The notes under the pieces were generated by a model. It made no database searches. It was given only the letters and a program-made list of their open reading frames with translations, and was not told where the DNA came from. Source: Candidatus Magasanikiibacteriota bacterium (GTDB lineage Bacteria; Patescibacteriota; Patescibacteriia; Magasanikbacterales; UBA922). From it: a stretch of 64,000 nt of DNA. Below are positions 32,156 to 41,491 of this stretch, piece after piece (positions within the stretch are counted from its first letter, which is position 1; the number at the start of each line of letters is the position of its first letter). A program made the translations under genes and the position numbers. The DNA lies in contig DOMK01000020.1 in assembly GCA_003510435.1 (NCBI GenBank), positions 59,523 to 123,522 of the forward strand. The letters are read 5' to 3'.

Positions 32156-32358
32156 ACTAATACACCACATTAAATTGTAGTTTTGATATTGTATACGTGT
32201 TTGTAAGTCTAGATAGAAACACAGATTAAACTGATGAAACTGATTTTAACGGATTTGTGTACGCGGATAAGTATGATCAGTTTTTATCTGTTAGATCTGT
32301 TAAATCCGTGTATCTATCTAATCTATTTTAATAAAAAATAATTTATAATTTATTTAAT

Positions 32359-33273
32359 ATGTTTGATGATCAACAAAACAATCCAGTCGGAGGTGTGCCA
32401 AATAATTTACCAATTGGTGAACCTGTTCCACTAGGTCAAGGCGAGCCAGATGATATTTTTTCTGGTGTAGAAAAAGTTGTACCAGAGCCACCACAAATGG
32501 GCGGTAGTGTTATTAGTGAAACACCAGTCGTTGGAGCATCATCGGCTTTGGGGGCAGGAATATTACGTCCAAAAGTCCAACCAGTAGATTCTTTTGCTTC
32601 GGATATGAGTGGTGATTTGCCACCTGTATTATCACAACAACCATCAACTAGAATTGAACAAAATATTGTTCAGCCTAGTAATATGGGTAATTATAATTTA
32701 GATCAACAACTACCAAGTCAGATGGCACCACAGCAAGATATTTATAAAATAAAAGAACCAGCCTTGGGTAGTGGATTAGTAAAATTATTTGTCACTGTAG
32801 TAGTATTGGGAATTCTGGGTGGTGGTAGTTGGTGGATTTATAATTCTTTTATTAAAAGTGATAATGTTTCTAATGATACTGTAGTTGATAATGGAGGAGA
32901 AGCATCTGATGTTGTTGATACATTGCCGGCCGAAGGTAAGGCTGTCAAAGTAGCGGAAGATACAGTACCAAGTGATTCCAATGTAGTTGACACTGGATTG
33001 GCTGGTGATATTAAAGATGACCAAATTTTATTTGGCGAACCAATTGATAAAGATTCTGATGGTTTGGACGATGATAGAGAATTAAGTATTGGTACTGATC
33101 CGAATAATTGGGACACTGATATTGATGATCTTGGTGACGGGGATGAAGTGACAATTTGGAAGACTGATCCTTTAAATCCTGATACTGATGGTGATACTTT
33201 TTTGGATGGAGCAGAAATAAAAAATGGTTATAATCCAGCGGGCCCGGGAAAGCTTTTTGAACCACCTAAATAA
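32359..33273 (+). CDS. paralogous membrane-anchored protein with a Pro/Gln-rich region and a C-terminal D-x-D-x-D-G / GYNPAGPGKL module
   Basis: It has an internal TM helix. The C-terminus reads 'DKDSDGLDDDRE...DTDIDDLGDGDE...DTDGDTFLDGAEIKNGYNPAGPGKL'. Confidence 0.6.
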   Translation: MFDDQQNNPVGGVPNNLPIGEPVPLGQGEPDDIFSGVEKVVPEPPQMGGSVISETPVVGASSALGAGILRPKVQPVDSFASDMSGDLPPVLSQQPSTRIEQNIVQPSNMGNYNLDQQLPSQMAPQQDIYKIKEPALGSGLVKLFVTVVVLGILGGGSWWIYNSFIKSDNVSNDTVVDNGGEASDVVDTLPAEGKAVKVAEDTVPSDSNVVDTGLAGDIKDDQILFGEPIDKDSDGLDDDRELSIGTDPNNWDTDIDDLGDGDEVTIWKTDPLNPDTDGDTFLDGAEIKNGYNPAGPGKLFEPPK

Positions 33274-33380
33274 ACAAACATTTAAACAGCACAACACATA
33301 AACATTTAAACATTTCGTTGTCTAGGGATAAAAATTGTAGGGTGTTGCTCTGTTGTTATGTTTAGTGTTTAAATGATAAT

Positions 33381-34550
33381 ATGTTTGGTAGAAATAAAAA
33401 AGAAAATAAAAATGATCAACTATTGGCAAATAATAACATTCAGGTAATACCGAATGAATTTTATGGTACAGCTGATCCTGTAATTCACTATGAAAAAAGT
33501 TCAACTGGTGCGAGTGGTGATAACCTGAAAAATGTTAATATAATGGATAATAATACAAAAATTCCTAATGCTTTTTTTGCTAGTTTAGGAAAAAATAAAA
33601 GAATTATTTTTATCGTTCTCACTAGTATTATTTTTTTATTAGCTGTAGTGGGGATTGTTTGGTATTATCTAGGTCAGGCGGGAATCATTGGTAAAACACC
33701 AGCCGATGTAGTTGTAGAAAAAACAGAAGATAATAATATTGAGACTACTAATCCTGTCAATGAAGATAACAATATTAACTCTGAAGATTCTCAAATAACA
33801 ACCGGGACTTTAGATCTCGCTATTGTTAGTACCACGATTGATAATAATGTCAATCCACAAACTCCAGATTCTTTGTTAGAACAACCAATAGATTTTCCTG
33901 GTGTAATTTTGACTAATAGTGCTGATGTAGATAGTGATTCGCTAACTGATACTGAAGAAGAACTTTTTGATACGGATAGTGGCGTGTGGGATACAGATAG
34001 TGATGGCTATTATGATGGTCAAGAAATGGTTAATTTGTATAACCCAAAAGGGATTGCTCCAGTGAAATTAATTGACTCTGGTTTAGTTCAGGATTATATC
34101 AATCCGATTTGGCAATATCGCGTTTATTATCCAATTGCTTGGCAACAGGGTGAAGTTGACAAAGGTTTAAAACAAAGTTTATTTAGTGCTATTACTGGAG
34201 ATTTTGTGGAGATCTTGGTTGATAATTTACAACCAGGGGAAAGTTTTAATAGTTGGTTTGCCAGGCGGGCTCAAGGTCAGAAGTATGAAGATTTATTGTC
34301 ATTTATTAATTTATTTAAAGAAAACGGCTATAAAAGAAAAGATGGTTTGGTAGCTTATTTTGTACAAAATAATAATGTTTACATCATGATTTATCATCCT
34401 GGTGTAACCGGCTTTATACCATTTAGACATGTGATGGAAATGATGGTAACTAGTTTTCGTCCGAGTAAGACTATAGTTGAAATACCAGACCAAGTGGCTT
34501 TGCCACCCGTACCTTCTTATGAAGATGTTAGTACCGGAACACAATTTTAG
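33381..34550 (+). CDS. paralogous membrane-anchored protein with the D-x-D-x-D-G / 'LYNPKGIAPVKL' module followed by an unknown C-terminal domain
   Basis: It has a TM helix, then 'DVDSDSLTDTEEELFDTDSGVWDTDSDGYYDGQEMVNLYNPKG'. Confidence 0.55.
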   Translation: MFGRNKKENKNDQLLANNNIQVIPNEFYGTADPVIHYEKSSTGASGDNLKNVNIMDNNTKIPNAFFASLGKNKRIIFIVLTSIIFLLAVVGIVWYYLGQAGIIGKTPADVVVEKTEDNNIETTNPVNEDNNINSEDSQITTGTLDLAIVSTTIDNNVNPQTPDSLLEQPIDFPGVILTNSADVDSDSLTDTEEELFDTDSGVWDTDSDGYYDGQEMVNLYNPKGIAPVKLIDSGLVQDYINPIWQYRVYYPIAWQQGEVDKGLKQSLFSAITGDFVEILVDNLQPGESFNSWFARRAQGQKYEDLLSFINLFKENGYKRKDGLVAYFVQNNNVYIMIYHPGVTGFIPFRHVMEMMVTSFRPSKTIVEIPDQVALPPVPSYEDVSTGTQF

Positions 34551-34555
34551 TTTTT

Positions 34556-34987
34556 ATGTTAGATATTGTTATTAATCAATCAGTAAAAAAGATAGATTTT
34601 GATCGTGCCAAATTAGTAGTAATTGTAAAAAATATTTTGAAAAAAGTTAAGAAAGAAAGATATTCTCTTAGTATAAATTTTGTTGGTGAAAAAACCATTA
34701 AAAAAATTAACTATGAGTACCGCGGTCATAATCAGGTGACGGATGTTATATCATTTGCTCTTCAAGAAGGGGAGACACAAGTAATAAATTATGACCTGGG
34801 TGATTTGTTTGTTTGTGTACCGCAGATAAAAAAACAGGCTAAATTTAACAACATATCATATAAAGAAGAACTAATTAGAATGATAGCCCATGGTATTTTA
34901 CATCTTTGTGGATATGATCACCAAAAATTACCTGATGAAAAAGTCATGTTTAAATTACAAGAAAAAATAGTGGTAGAATTTTTATGA
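34556..34987 (+). CDS. ybeY: rRNA maturation endoribonuclease YbeY
   Basis: The zinc-binding motif 'HGILHLCGYDH' is present. Confidence 0.85.
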   Translation: MLDIVINQSVKKIDFDRAKLVVIVKNILKKVKKERYSLSINFVGEKTIKKINYEYRGHNQVTDVISFALQEGETQVINYDLGDLFVCVPQIKKQAKFNNISYKEELIRMIAHGILHLCGYDHQKLPDEKVMFKLQEKIVVEFL

Positions 34988-35358
34988 ATTTTTTACGTTT
35001 AATAAAAAGTTTTAAGGAAGCTATCCAGGGGGTAGCTTATGTATTTAAGCACGAACAAAATTTTAGAATACAAGTCGTGATTTCTTTGTTAGTTTTGATA
35101 TTTGTTTGGTTTTTTGAATTGTCAAAAGCGGAAATGATTGTAATTTTTTTATTAATTATATTGGTTTTAATTTTGGAATTATTAAATAGTGCCGTAGAAA
35201 AGTTGTCTGATGTCTTGAAACCCAGATTATCTTTGCAGATTGGTGTAGTCAAAGATATCATGGCTGGTATGGTGTTTTTGTCTTCACTTGGGGCGGTAGT
35301 AATTGGCTTAATAATTTTTTGGCCACATTTGTTTGAATTTATAGAAAGAATTTGGTAA
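34984..35358 (+). CDS. dgkA: diacylglycerol/undecaprenol kinase (DgkA family)
   Basis: It has three TM helices and 'ELLNSAVEKLSD', and overlaps the ybeY stop (conserved ybeY–dgkA arrangement). Confidence 0.75.
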   Translation: MNFLRLIKSFKEAIQGVAYVFKHEQNFRIQVVISLLVLIFVWFFELSKAEMIVIFLLIILVLILELLNSAVEKLSDVLKPRLSLQIGVVKDIMAGMVFLSSLGAVVIGLIIFWPHLFEFIERIW

Positions 35359-35379
35359 AATAGAGTTCACAATTATATT

Positions 35380-36636
35380 ATGAATAGAACAAAGAATAAA
35401 ATCGAATTAATTACTGGCTTGGACATTGGTTCAACTGCTGTTAGAATTGCCATTGGCCAGCAGTCTTTTGGTGAAAAAGGAGTGGAATTGCAAATAGTGG
35501 GTGCAGTTGAAGTGCCGGCCGAGGGTATAAATCGAGGTTCTATCTCTAGTATTGAAGAATGCGTGTCTTCAATTTCCAATGCTTTGGAACAGGCTGAACG
35601 TTTGGTTGGCGTGCCTATAGAGCATGCTTGGGTAGGAATTTCTGGTACGCACATAGAATCACAGGAAAGCCGGGGAGTAGTCGCTGTAGCCAAGTCTAAT
35701 GGTGAAATAGCCGAAGAAGACGTGGCGAGGGCTGTAGAGGCCTCTAGAACAGTGGCTACACCATTAAATTACGAGATTTTGCATGTATTACCACGGAGTT
35801 TCACTGTTGATGGCCAAACTGGTATAAAAGATCCAGTAGGTATGACAGGGATAAGATTAGAAGTGGAAACCAAGATAATCCAAGGCGTCACTCAACATAT
35901 TAAAAACCTTACTAAAGCGGTTTATCGTACGGGCATTGATATCGATGATTTGGTATTATCAATTTTGGCGGTTGGTGATACGGTGGTGACATCAAGACAA
36001 AAAGATTTGGGTGTGGCAGTGGTAAATATTGGTGGATCAACTACCAGCATGATAGTTTATGAAGAAGGGGATATTATTCATACAGCAGTTTTTCCCATTG
36101 GCTCAGAACACATTACTAATGATTTGGCCATTGGACTGCGTAGTCCAATTGATGTGGCCGAAAGAATAAAAATAGAATATGGCGCTTGTATCCCAAAAAA
36201 TATTTCCAAAAAAGAAATGGTTGATTTATCATCAGTTGGTGGTGGTGTTAATGAAACAGTAGAATTAAAATATATTGCCGAAATAATCGGTGCCAGAATG
36301 GAAGAAATTTTAGAAAGAATAAATACTGAATTAATGAAAATTGGCCGGAGTGGTTTATTGCCAGCCGGGATAGTGTTTACTGGTGGGGGTGCAAAATTGT
36401 CTGGTCTGATTGATTTGTCAAAAGAAAAAAATCGTTTGCCAGCATCTTTGGGTTATCCAATTGATTTAGTTAGTATTACTGATAAAGTAAATAATTTATC
36501 TTTTGCCACTGCGATTGGTCTTGTAAAATGGGGAGCTAATATCAATCAACGGGGTAGAGGCAGGCAGAGTAGAATTAAAAGTGTGGAGCGGGTTTCTGGA
36601 CAAGTAAAAAATTGGTTTAAATCTCTTGTCCCATAG
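35380..36636 (+). CDS. ftsA: cell division protein FtsA
   Basis: It has the actin-fold phosphate motif 'LDIGSTAVRIAIG' and lies directly upstream of ftsZ. Confidence 0.9.
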   Translation: MNRTKNKIELITGLDIGSTAVRIAIGQQSFGEKGVELQIVGAVEVPAEGINRGSISSIEECVSSISNALEQAERLVGVPIEHAWVGISGTHIESQESRGVVAVAKSNGEIAEEDVARAVEASRTVATPLNYEILHVLPRSFTVDGQTGIKDPVGMTGIRLEVETKIIQGVTQHIKNLTKAVYRTGIDIDDLVLSILAVGDTVVTSRQKDLGVAVVNIGGSTTSMIVYEEGDIIHTAVFPIGSEHITNDLAIGLRSPIDVAERIKIEYGACIPKNISKKEMVDLSSVGGGVNETVELKYIAEIIGARMEEILERINTELMKIGRSGLLPAGIVFTGGGAKLSGLIDLSKEKNRLPASLGYPIDLVSITDKVNNLSFATAIGLVKWGANINQRGRGRQSRIKSVERVSGQVKNWFKSLVP

Positions 36637-36692
36637 ACAAAACTTATACACAGTCTTATTTTGACGGAAGGGCATAAAAAATATAAAATACT

Positions 36693-36721
36693 AAGTGGAG
36701 ACCTCTCCACTTATTTTATTT
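36693..36721 (+). terminator. rho-independent terminator after ftsA (aagtggag acct ctccactt plus a T-run)
   Basis: An 8-bp stem is followed by attttattt. Confidence 0.6.
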
Positions 36722-36891
36722 ACAAGTATTTGAATACAAATTGTACTCAATCATTTGTTTTAACTAGGGTAAATATTTTAAATTTTAATTCTTTTTTTGA
36801 ATAATAATTTGGTTATCAAGCTCACAAGGCCTACAAAGCTCACACAAGCCTTTTAAGCCTTGTTAGCCTTGTTAGCCTTTTAAGCTTTTAT

Positions 36892-38124
36892 ATGCCTCAA
36901 GTAAAACCAGAAATTGAAACCTTTGCAAAAATTAAAGTGATTGGTGTTGGCGGATCAGGTGGGGCGGCTGTTGACCGCATGGTAAGGACCGGTATCAGAG
37001 GGGTGGATTTTGTAGTTATGAATACTGATGTGCAAGCTCTTCATCATAATAGCGCTGCTCATAAAATTCATATTGGTAAAACAGTTACTCGGGGTTTGGG
37101 AGCAGGCATGGACCCAGAATTGGGTAAACGCAGTGCCGAAGAAGCGCAAAATGAAATTAGAGAAGCCGTGGCTGGCAGTGATATGGTTTTTCTTACTTGT
37201 GGTTTGGGTGGTGGTACTGGCTCTGGGGCTACGCCAGTGATTGCAGAAATTGCGCGGGAAGCTGGAGCTTTGACTGTCGCCGTTGTGACCAAGCCGTTTT
37301 CTTTTGAAGGTCCACAAAGAAAAAATATTGCTGACAAGGCTCATGAAGCTTTGATTCGCAATGTTGATACTATTATTACAATTCCCAATGACCGAGTTTT
37401 ACAAATTATTGATAAGAAAACCAGTCTATTAGATGCTTTTAAAATTGTGGATGATGTTTTGCGTCAAGGAGTTCAAGGGATTTCAGAAATGATTACTGTT
37501 CCAGGATTAATCAATGTGGACTTTGCTGATGTAAAAGCTATTATGCGCGATACTGGTTCGGCTCTTATGGGAATTGGACAAGCTGGTGGAGAAAATAGAG
37601 CAGTTGAGGCCGCTAAGTTGGCTATTTCTAGTCCATTATTAGATGTATCAATTGACGGCGCCAGAGGAATTTTATTTACTGTTACAGGTGGTAAAGATTT
37701 GGGCATGCAAGAAGTGGCCGAAGCTGCCAAGGTTATTACTGCTTCAGCCGATGATAATGCCAAAGTAATTTTTGGAGCAGTAATAGATGATGCTTTGGGA
37801 GAAGAGATTAGAATTACAGTTGTAGCGACTGGTTTTGATGATGATAATCGTAGTACTCTAACCGCTTCGGAAGATGAACCAAGAGCATTTTTTGGTTCAG
37901 GAAGAAATTTTTATGGCAATACTTTTTTAAAGAAAAAAGTTGAGGAAGAAAAGGAAGAAGAACCAGAAGTAAAAAGACCAGTTTTTATTAGTAAATCAGT
38001 TTCTACCAATATTAATAATGCTTTAGAAGATATTCAAAAGCCAATAATAAAAAAAGAAGAACCAAAAGATGAAGATGAAGATTTGGAAATTCCAGCTTTT
38101 ATTCGAAAGAAAATGGGTATGTAG
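36892..38124 (+). CDS. ftsZ: cell division protein FtsZ
   Basis: It has 'IGVGGSGGAAV' and the tubulin signature 'GLGGGTGSGATPVIAEIARE'. Confidence 0.95.
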   Translation: MPQVKPEIETFAKIKVIGVGGSGGAAVDRMVRTGIRGVDFVVMNTDVQALHHNSAAHKIHIGKTVTRGLGAGMDPELGKRSAEEAQNEIREAVAGSDMVFLTCGLGGGTGSGATPVIAEIAREAGALTVAVVTKPFSFEGPQRKNIADKAHEALIRNVDTIITIPNDRVLQIIDKKTSLLDAFKIVDDVLRQGVQGISEMITVPGLINVDFADVKAIMRDTGSALMGIGQAGGENRAVEAAKLAISSPLLDVSIDGARGILFTVTGGKDLGMQEVAEAAKVITASADDNAKVIFGAVIDDALGEEIRITVVATGFDDDNRSTLTASEDEPRAFFGSGRNFYGNTFLKKKVEEEKEEEPEVKRPVFISKSVSTNINNALEDIQKPIIKKEEPKDEDEDLEIPAFIRKKMGM

Positions 38125-38162
38125 TTACACTTGAGCACCTAAACACTTTAGCACTTGAACAC

Positions 38163-38189
38163 AAACCCTTAAACAGGGTTTGTTTTTTT
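38163..38189 (+). terminator. rho-independent terminator after ftsZ (aaaccct taaac agggttt gttttttt)
   Basis: A 7-bp stem is followed by a T-run. Confidence 0.7.
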
Positions 38190-38269
38190 AGTATAACTTG
38201 GTATAATATAAATAATTTGAATTTATAATTGTGCTTTTGTGCTTCGGTGCCAAAGTGCTAAAGTGTATT

Positions 38270-38731
38270 ATGTTTTGTCCAGTTTGCAAATCAAAAGAAA
38301 CCAAAGTAGTTGATTCACGTTTGACCCAAGATGGGATGGCCATTAGACGTCGCCGGGAATGTATTCTTTGTACATATCGTTTTTCCACAGTTGAAGAAAT
38401 GGAATTACTTGATATTACAGTGGTCAAGAATAATGGCAATCGCGAGTCATATTCACGCAACAAATTAGAACGAGGGATTTTACATTCCTTGACTAAACGT
38501 CCATATACTCAGGACAAGTTTGATCGGATGATCCACGCCATTGAAACTGACATCCAAAAAAAGAAAAAACGCGAAGTGACTAGTAAAGAGATTGGTGAGT
38601 TAGTCATGAAACATTTACGCAAGTTTGATAAAGTAGCATATATTCGGTTTGCTTCCATCTATCGAGCATTTGAAGATGTAAACAAATTTCAAACAGAAAT
38701 TAAGTCATTACAAGCTAATAAAAAATCTTAG
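38270..38731 (+). CDS. nrdR: transcriptional repressor NrdR
   Basis: It has the zinc ribbon 'MFCPVCKSKETKVVDSRLTQDGMAIRRRRECILCTYRFST' and an ATP-cone. The start is taken at the internal Met. Confidence 0.88.
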   Translation: MFCPVCKSKETKVVDSRLTQDGMAIRRRRECILCTYRFSTVEEMELLDITVVKNNGNRESYSRNKLERGILHSLTKRPYTQDKFDRMIHAIETDIQKKKKREVTSKEIGELVMKHLRKFDKVAYIRFASIYRAFEDVNKFQTEIKSLQANKKS

Positions 38732-38740
38732 TTATTTTTT

Positions 38741-39148
38741 ATGAACAAAAAAGATGAACAATTAATCAATCAAGAAAAAAATATCCCTGAGGTAAAGGAA
38801 GATACAAAAGTAAATATTCACGTCAATTCCAATGATGGCCTAAAAGAACTAATAGAAAAGAATATAAAATGGTCACAGGTTATTTATGAACAAAATAAAA
38901 AAATAAAACATCGTTTAACCATGATGTTGGTGGCTAGTTATTTAAAAATATTATTTATTTTAGTACCACTGATTTTGGCTTTTATTTTCTTATCTCCAAT
39001 GTTAAAAGGCGCACTAGATCAATATTCTAATTTATTAGGGGTTGTTAATAATGGTGGTGCAAAAGAAGCTCAGATTAATAATGTTTTATCACAAGTGTCT
39101 GGTGATCAAATAAATGAAGTTTTGAAAATGCTTGGGAATAATAAATAA
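38741..39148 (+). CDS. hypothetical membrane protein
   Basis: It has one TM segment and no recognisable motifs. Confidence 0.45.
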   Translation: MNKKDEQLINQEKNIPEVKEDTKVNIHVNSNDGLKELIEKNIKWSQVIYEQNKKIKHRLTMMLVASYLKILFILVPLILAFIFLSPMLKGALDQYSNLLGVVNNGGAKEAQINNVLSQVSGDQINEVLKMLGNNK

Positions 39149-39151
39149 TTT

Positions 39152-39448
39152 ATGCCAGATTTTACTGCCAAAGTTTATAAAATAGTCAAAAAAATTGCCA
39201 AAGGCAAAGTAATGACTTATAAACAAGTGGCTAGTTTGGCTGGTAATAAGAAAGCCTTTCGGGCAGTAGGAAATGCTTTGAACAAAAATAAAGATTTCCA
39301 CAACATACCTTGCCATAGAGTAGTTAGATCAGATGGTAAAGTAGGTGGTTATGCTTTTGGAAACCAATGTAAAAGGAAAAAATTGGCTTTAGAGGGGGTT
39401 ATAATTACAAAAGGTAAGATAGACTTAAAACAATATAAAACAGCCTAA
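39152..39448 (+). CDS. ogt: MGMT-family protein (methylated-DNA-protein-cysteine methyltransferase DNA-binding/active-site domain)
   Basis: The 'PCHRVV' active-site motif is present; there is a single domain of about 98 aa. Confidence 0.8.
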   Translation: MPDFTAKVYKIVKKIAKGKVMTYKQVASLAGNKKAFRAVGNALNKNKDFHNIPCHRVVRSDGKVGGYAFGNQCKRKKLALEGVIITKGKIDLKQYKTA

Positions 39449-39552
39449 AAAGCTGTTTTATTGTAACATCTAGGTTGTTTATACGTCTTCTATAATAGAA
39501 ATAGGAAATTCAATAAATATCCCAGGGAGAGGATATTTTGTTGTATGTTTTT

Positions 39553-41313
39553 ATGAAAAACAATACCAAATTGACAATTAAATATTATTTTAGACATTTG
39601 TGGAAATATAAATGGGCTTTTTTGGTAACTACGTTTGCGATTGTTGGGGCTTCTATTTTTTCAATAATTATTCCTTTATATTTTAAACATTTTTTTGATA
39701 TCCTAAGCGGGGATACAGTCGTAGATTCTATTCGTCAGAGTTTGATTAGTGTTTTGATCATAGTGGCTTTTTTGGAACTTGGTCAATGGGCTCTGTGGCG
39801 GACTTCTGGTTTTGTGGCTAGTTATTTTTATTCTCGAGTTATGGTTGATTTATCCAATTATTGTTTCAATTATCTTCATCGGCATTCTTTTAATTTTTTT
39901 AATGATAATTTTGTCGGCTCTCTAGTCAAACGGGCTAATCGGTTTGTGTGGTCATTTGAAAGTATTTTGGATAATGTCTTGTGGTTTTTGTTGCAATTGG
40001 CGGTTGAAATTACAGTAATTTTGATTATTTTGTTTCAAAGAAGATGGGAATTAGGTTTGGCAGTTTTAATTTGGGTAATTGTGTTTTTAGTTGTTAATGC
40101 TTTTTTGACTCGTTACAAATTACAATTTGATATCAAACGTAATGCAGCTGAAACCAAATCTAGCGGAGTATTGGCTGACACGATCACTAATCATCTCAAT
40201 ATAAAGTTATTCAATGCTTTTAAACGGGAGACTCGTGGTTATGCTAATCTAAATGAAGAAGTGCGGAAATTACGTTTTTTTACTTGGACATTAGACAACG
40301 TTTTTGAAGCTGGACAGACTTTACTCATGATTGGATTGGAAATTGGAATTTTTTATTTTGCAATTGATTTTTGGAAGCAAGGTTTTTTAACGATTGGGGA
40401 CTTTGTTCTAATTCAAGCTTATCTTTTAGTGATTTTTCGTCAAGTCTGGAATTTTGGTCGGACGATTCGTCATATTTATCAGAGCTTGGCCGATGCAGAA
40501 GATATGACACAGATTTTAGAAACACCCCATGAAATAGTTGACATTGCAAATGCTAAAAAATTAAAAATTGAAACTGGTAAAATAGAATTTAAGCAAGTTG
40601 ATTTTAATTATCGTCAAACTAGAAAAGTATTAAATCAATTTAATTTAATAATTAAACCCCAAGAAAAAATTGCTTTGGTTGGACCTTCTGGCGCCGGGAA
40701 GAGTACAATTGTTCGTTTGCTATTGCGTCTGCATGATATCAATGCCGGAAATATTTTTATTGATAACCAAAACATTGCCAAAGTGACTCAGGAAAGTTTG
40801 TGGTCCACAATTAGTCTCGTGCCCCAGGATCCAATTTTATTTCATCGCACTTTATTAGAAAATATTCGTTATGGTAAATCAAGTGCGAGTGATAAAGAAG
40901 TGACTAAGGCGGCTAAATTGGCTCATTGTCATGAATTTATTTCTCAATTGCCAGATAAATATAATACTTATGTTGGTGAACGAGGAATAAAATTATCTGG
41001 TGGGGAAAGACAAAGGGTGGCGATTGCTCGAGCAATTTTGCGCAATGCTCCAATCTTGGTTTTGGACGAAGCGACTTCTAGTCTTGATTCAGAATCAGAA
41101 CATTATATTCAAGATGCTTTGGATAGTTTGATGAAACAAAAAACCGTAATTGTCATTGCTCACCGTTTGTCCACCATTATGAAAATGGATAGAATTATTG
41201 TAATTGATAAAGGTGGAGTAATAGAAGAGGGTACGCATCAAGATTTGTTAACGAAGCCAGATGGCATATATAGAAAACTATGGAAAATTCAGGCTGGGGG
41301 GTTTATTGATTGA
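39553..41313 (+). CDS. ABC transporter permease/ATP-binding protein (type I exporter, MsbA-like)
   Basis: A 6-TM N-terminal domain is followed by Walker A 'GPSGAGKST', signature 'LSGGERQR' and Walker B 'ILVLDEATS'. Confidence 0.9.
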   Translation: MKNNTKLTIKYYFRHLWKYKWAFLVTTFAIVGASIFSIIIPLYFKHFFDILSGDTVVDSIRQSLISVLIIVAFLELGQWALWRTSGFVASYFYSRVMVDLSNYCFNYLHRHSFNFFNDNFVGSLVKRANRFVWSFESILDNVLWFLLQLAVEITVILIILFQRRWELGLAVLIWVIVFLVVNAFLTRYKLQFDIKRNAAETKSSGVLADTITNHLNIKLFNAFKRETRGYANLNEEVRKLRFFTWTLDNVFEAGQTLLMIGLEIGIFYFAIDFWKQGFLTIGDFVLIQAYLLVIFRQVWNFGRTIRHIYQSLADAEDMTQILETPHEIVDIANAKKLKIETGKIEFKQVDFNYRQTRKVLNQFNLIIKPQEKIALVGPSGAGKSTIVRLLLRLHDINAGNIFIDNQNIAKVTQESLWSTISLVPQDPILFHRTLLENIRYGKSSASDKEVTKAAKLAHCHEFISQLPDKYNTYVGERGIKLSGGERQRVAIARAILRNAPILVLDEATSSLDSESEHYIQDALDSLMKQKTVIVIAHRLSTIMKMDRIIVIDKGGVIEEGTHQDLLTKPDGIYRKLWKIQAGGFID

Positions 41314-41357
41314 CACGAATCACGAAACACACAACACGAGACAAAACCCCACCCCAA

Positions 41358-41389
41358 CCCCTCCCCTTAAAAATGGGAGGGGCTTTTTA
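41358..41389 (+). terminator. rho-independent terminator after the ABC exporter
   Basis: A C-rich/G-rich 8-bp stem (ccccTcccc...ggggAgggg) is followed by cttttt. Confidence 0.6.
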
Positions 41390-41491
41390 ATTTAAGAGTA
41401 AAATGTTATAATATTTATATTATTCTTTATTCCCCGCCTGCAACGCTATCGCTTGCATTGCGGGCAGGCTTACTCCTTATTCCTTTTTATT

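Noticed and set aside
36841-36890. Tandem 'agccttgtt' repeats upstream of ftsZ, considered as a CRISPR-like or minisatellite array
   Set aside because: Only two to three short, irregular, contiguous copies are present with no spacers. No repeat–spacer periodicity appears anywhere in the window.
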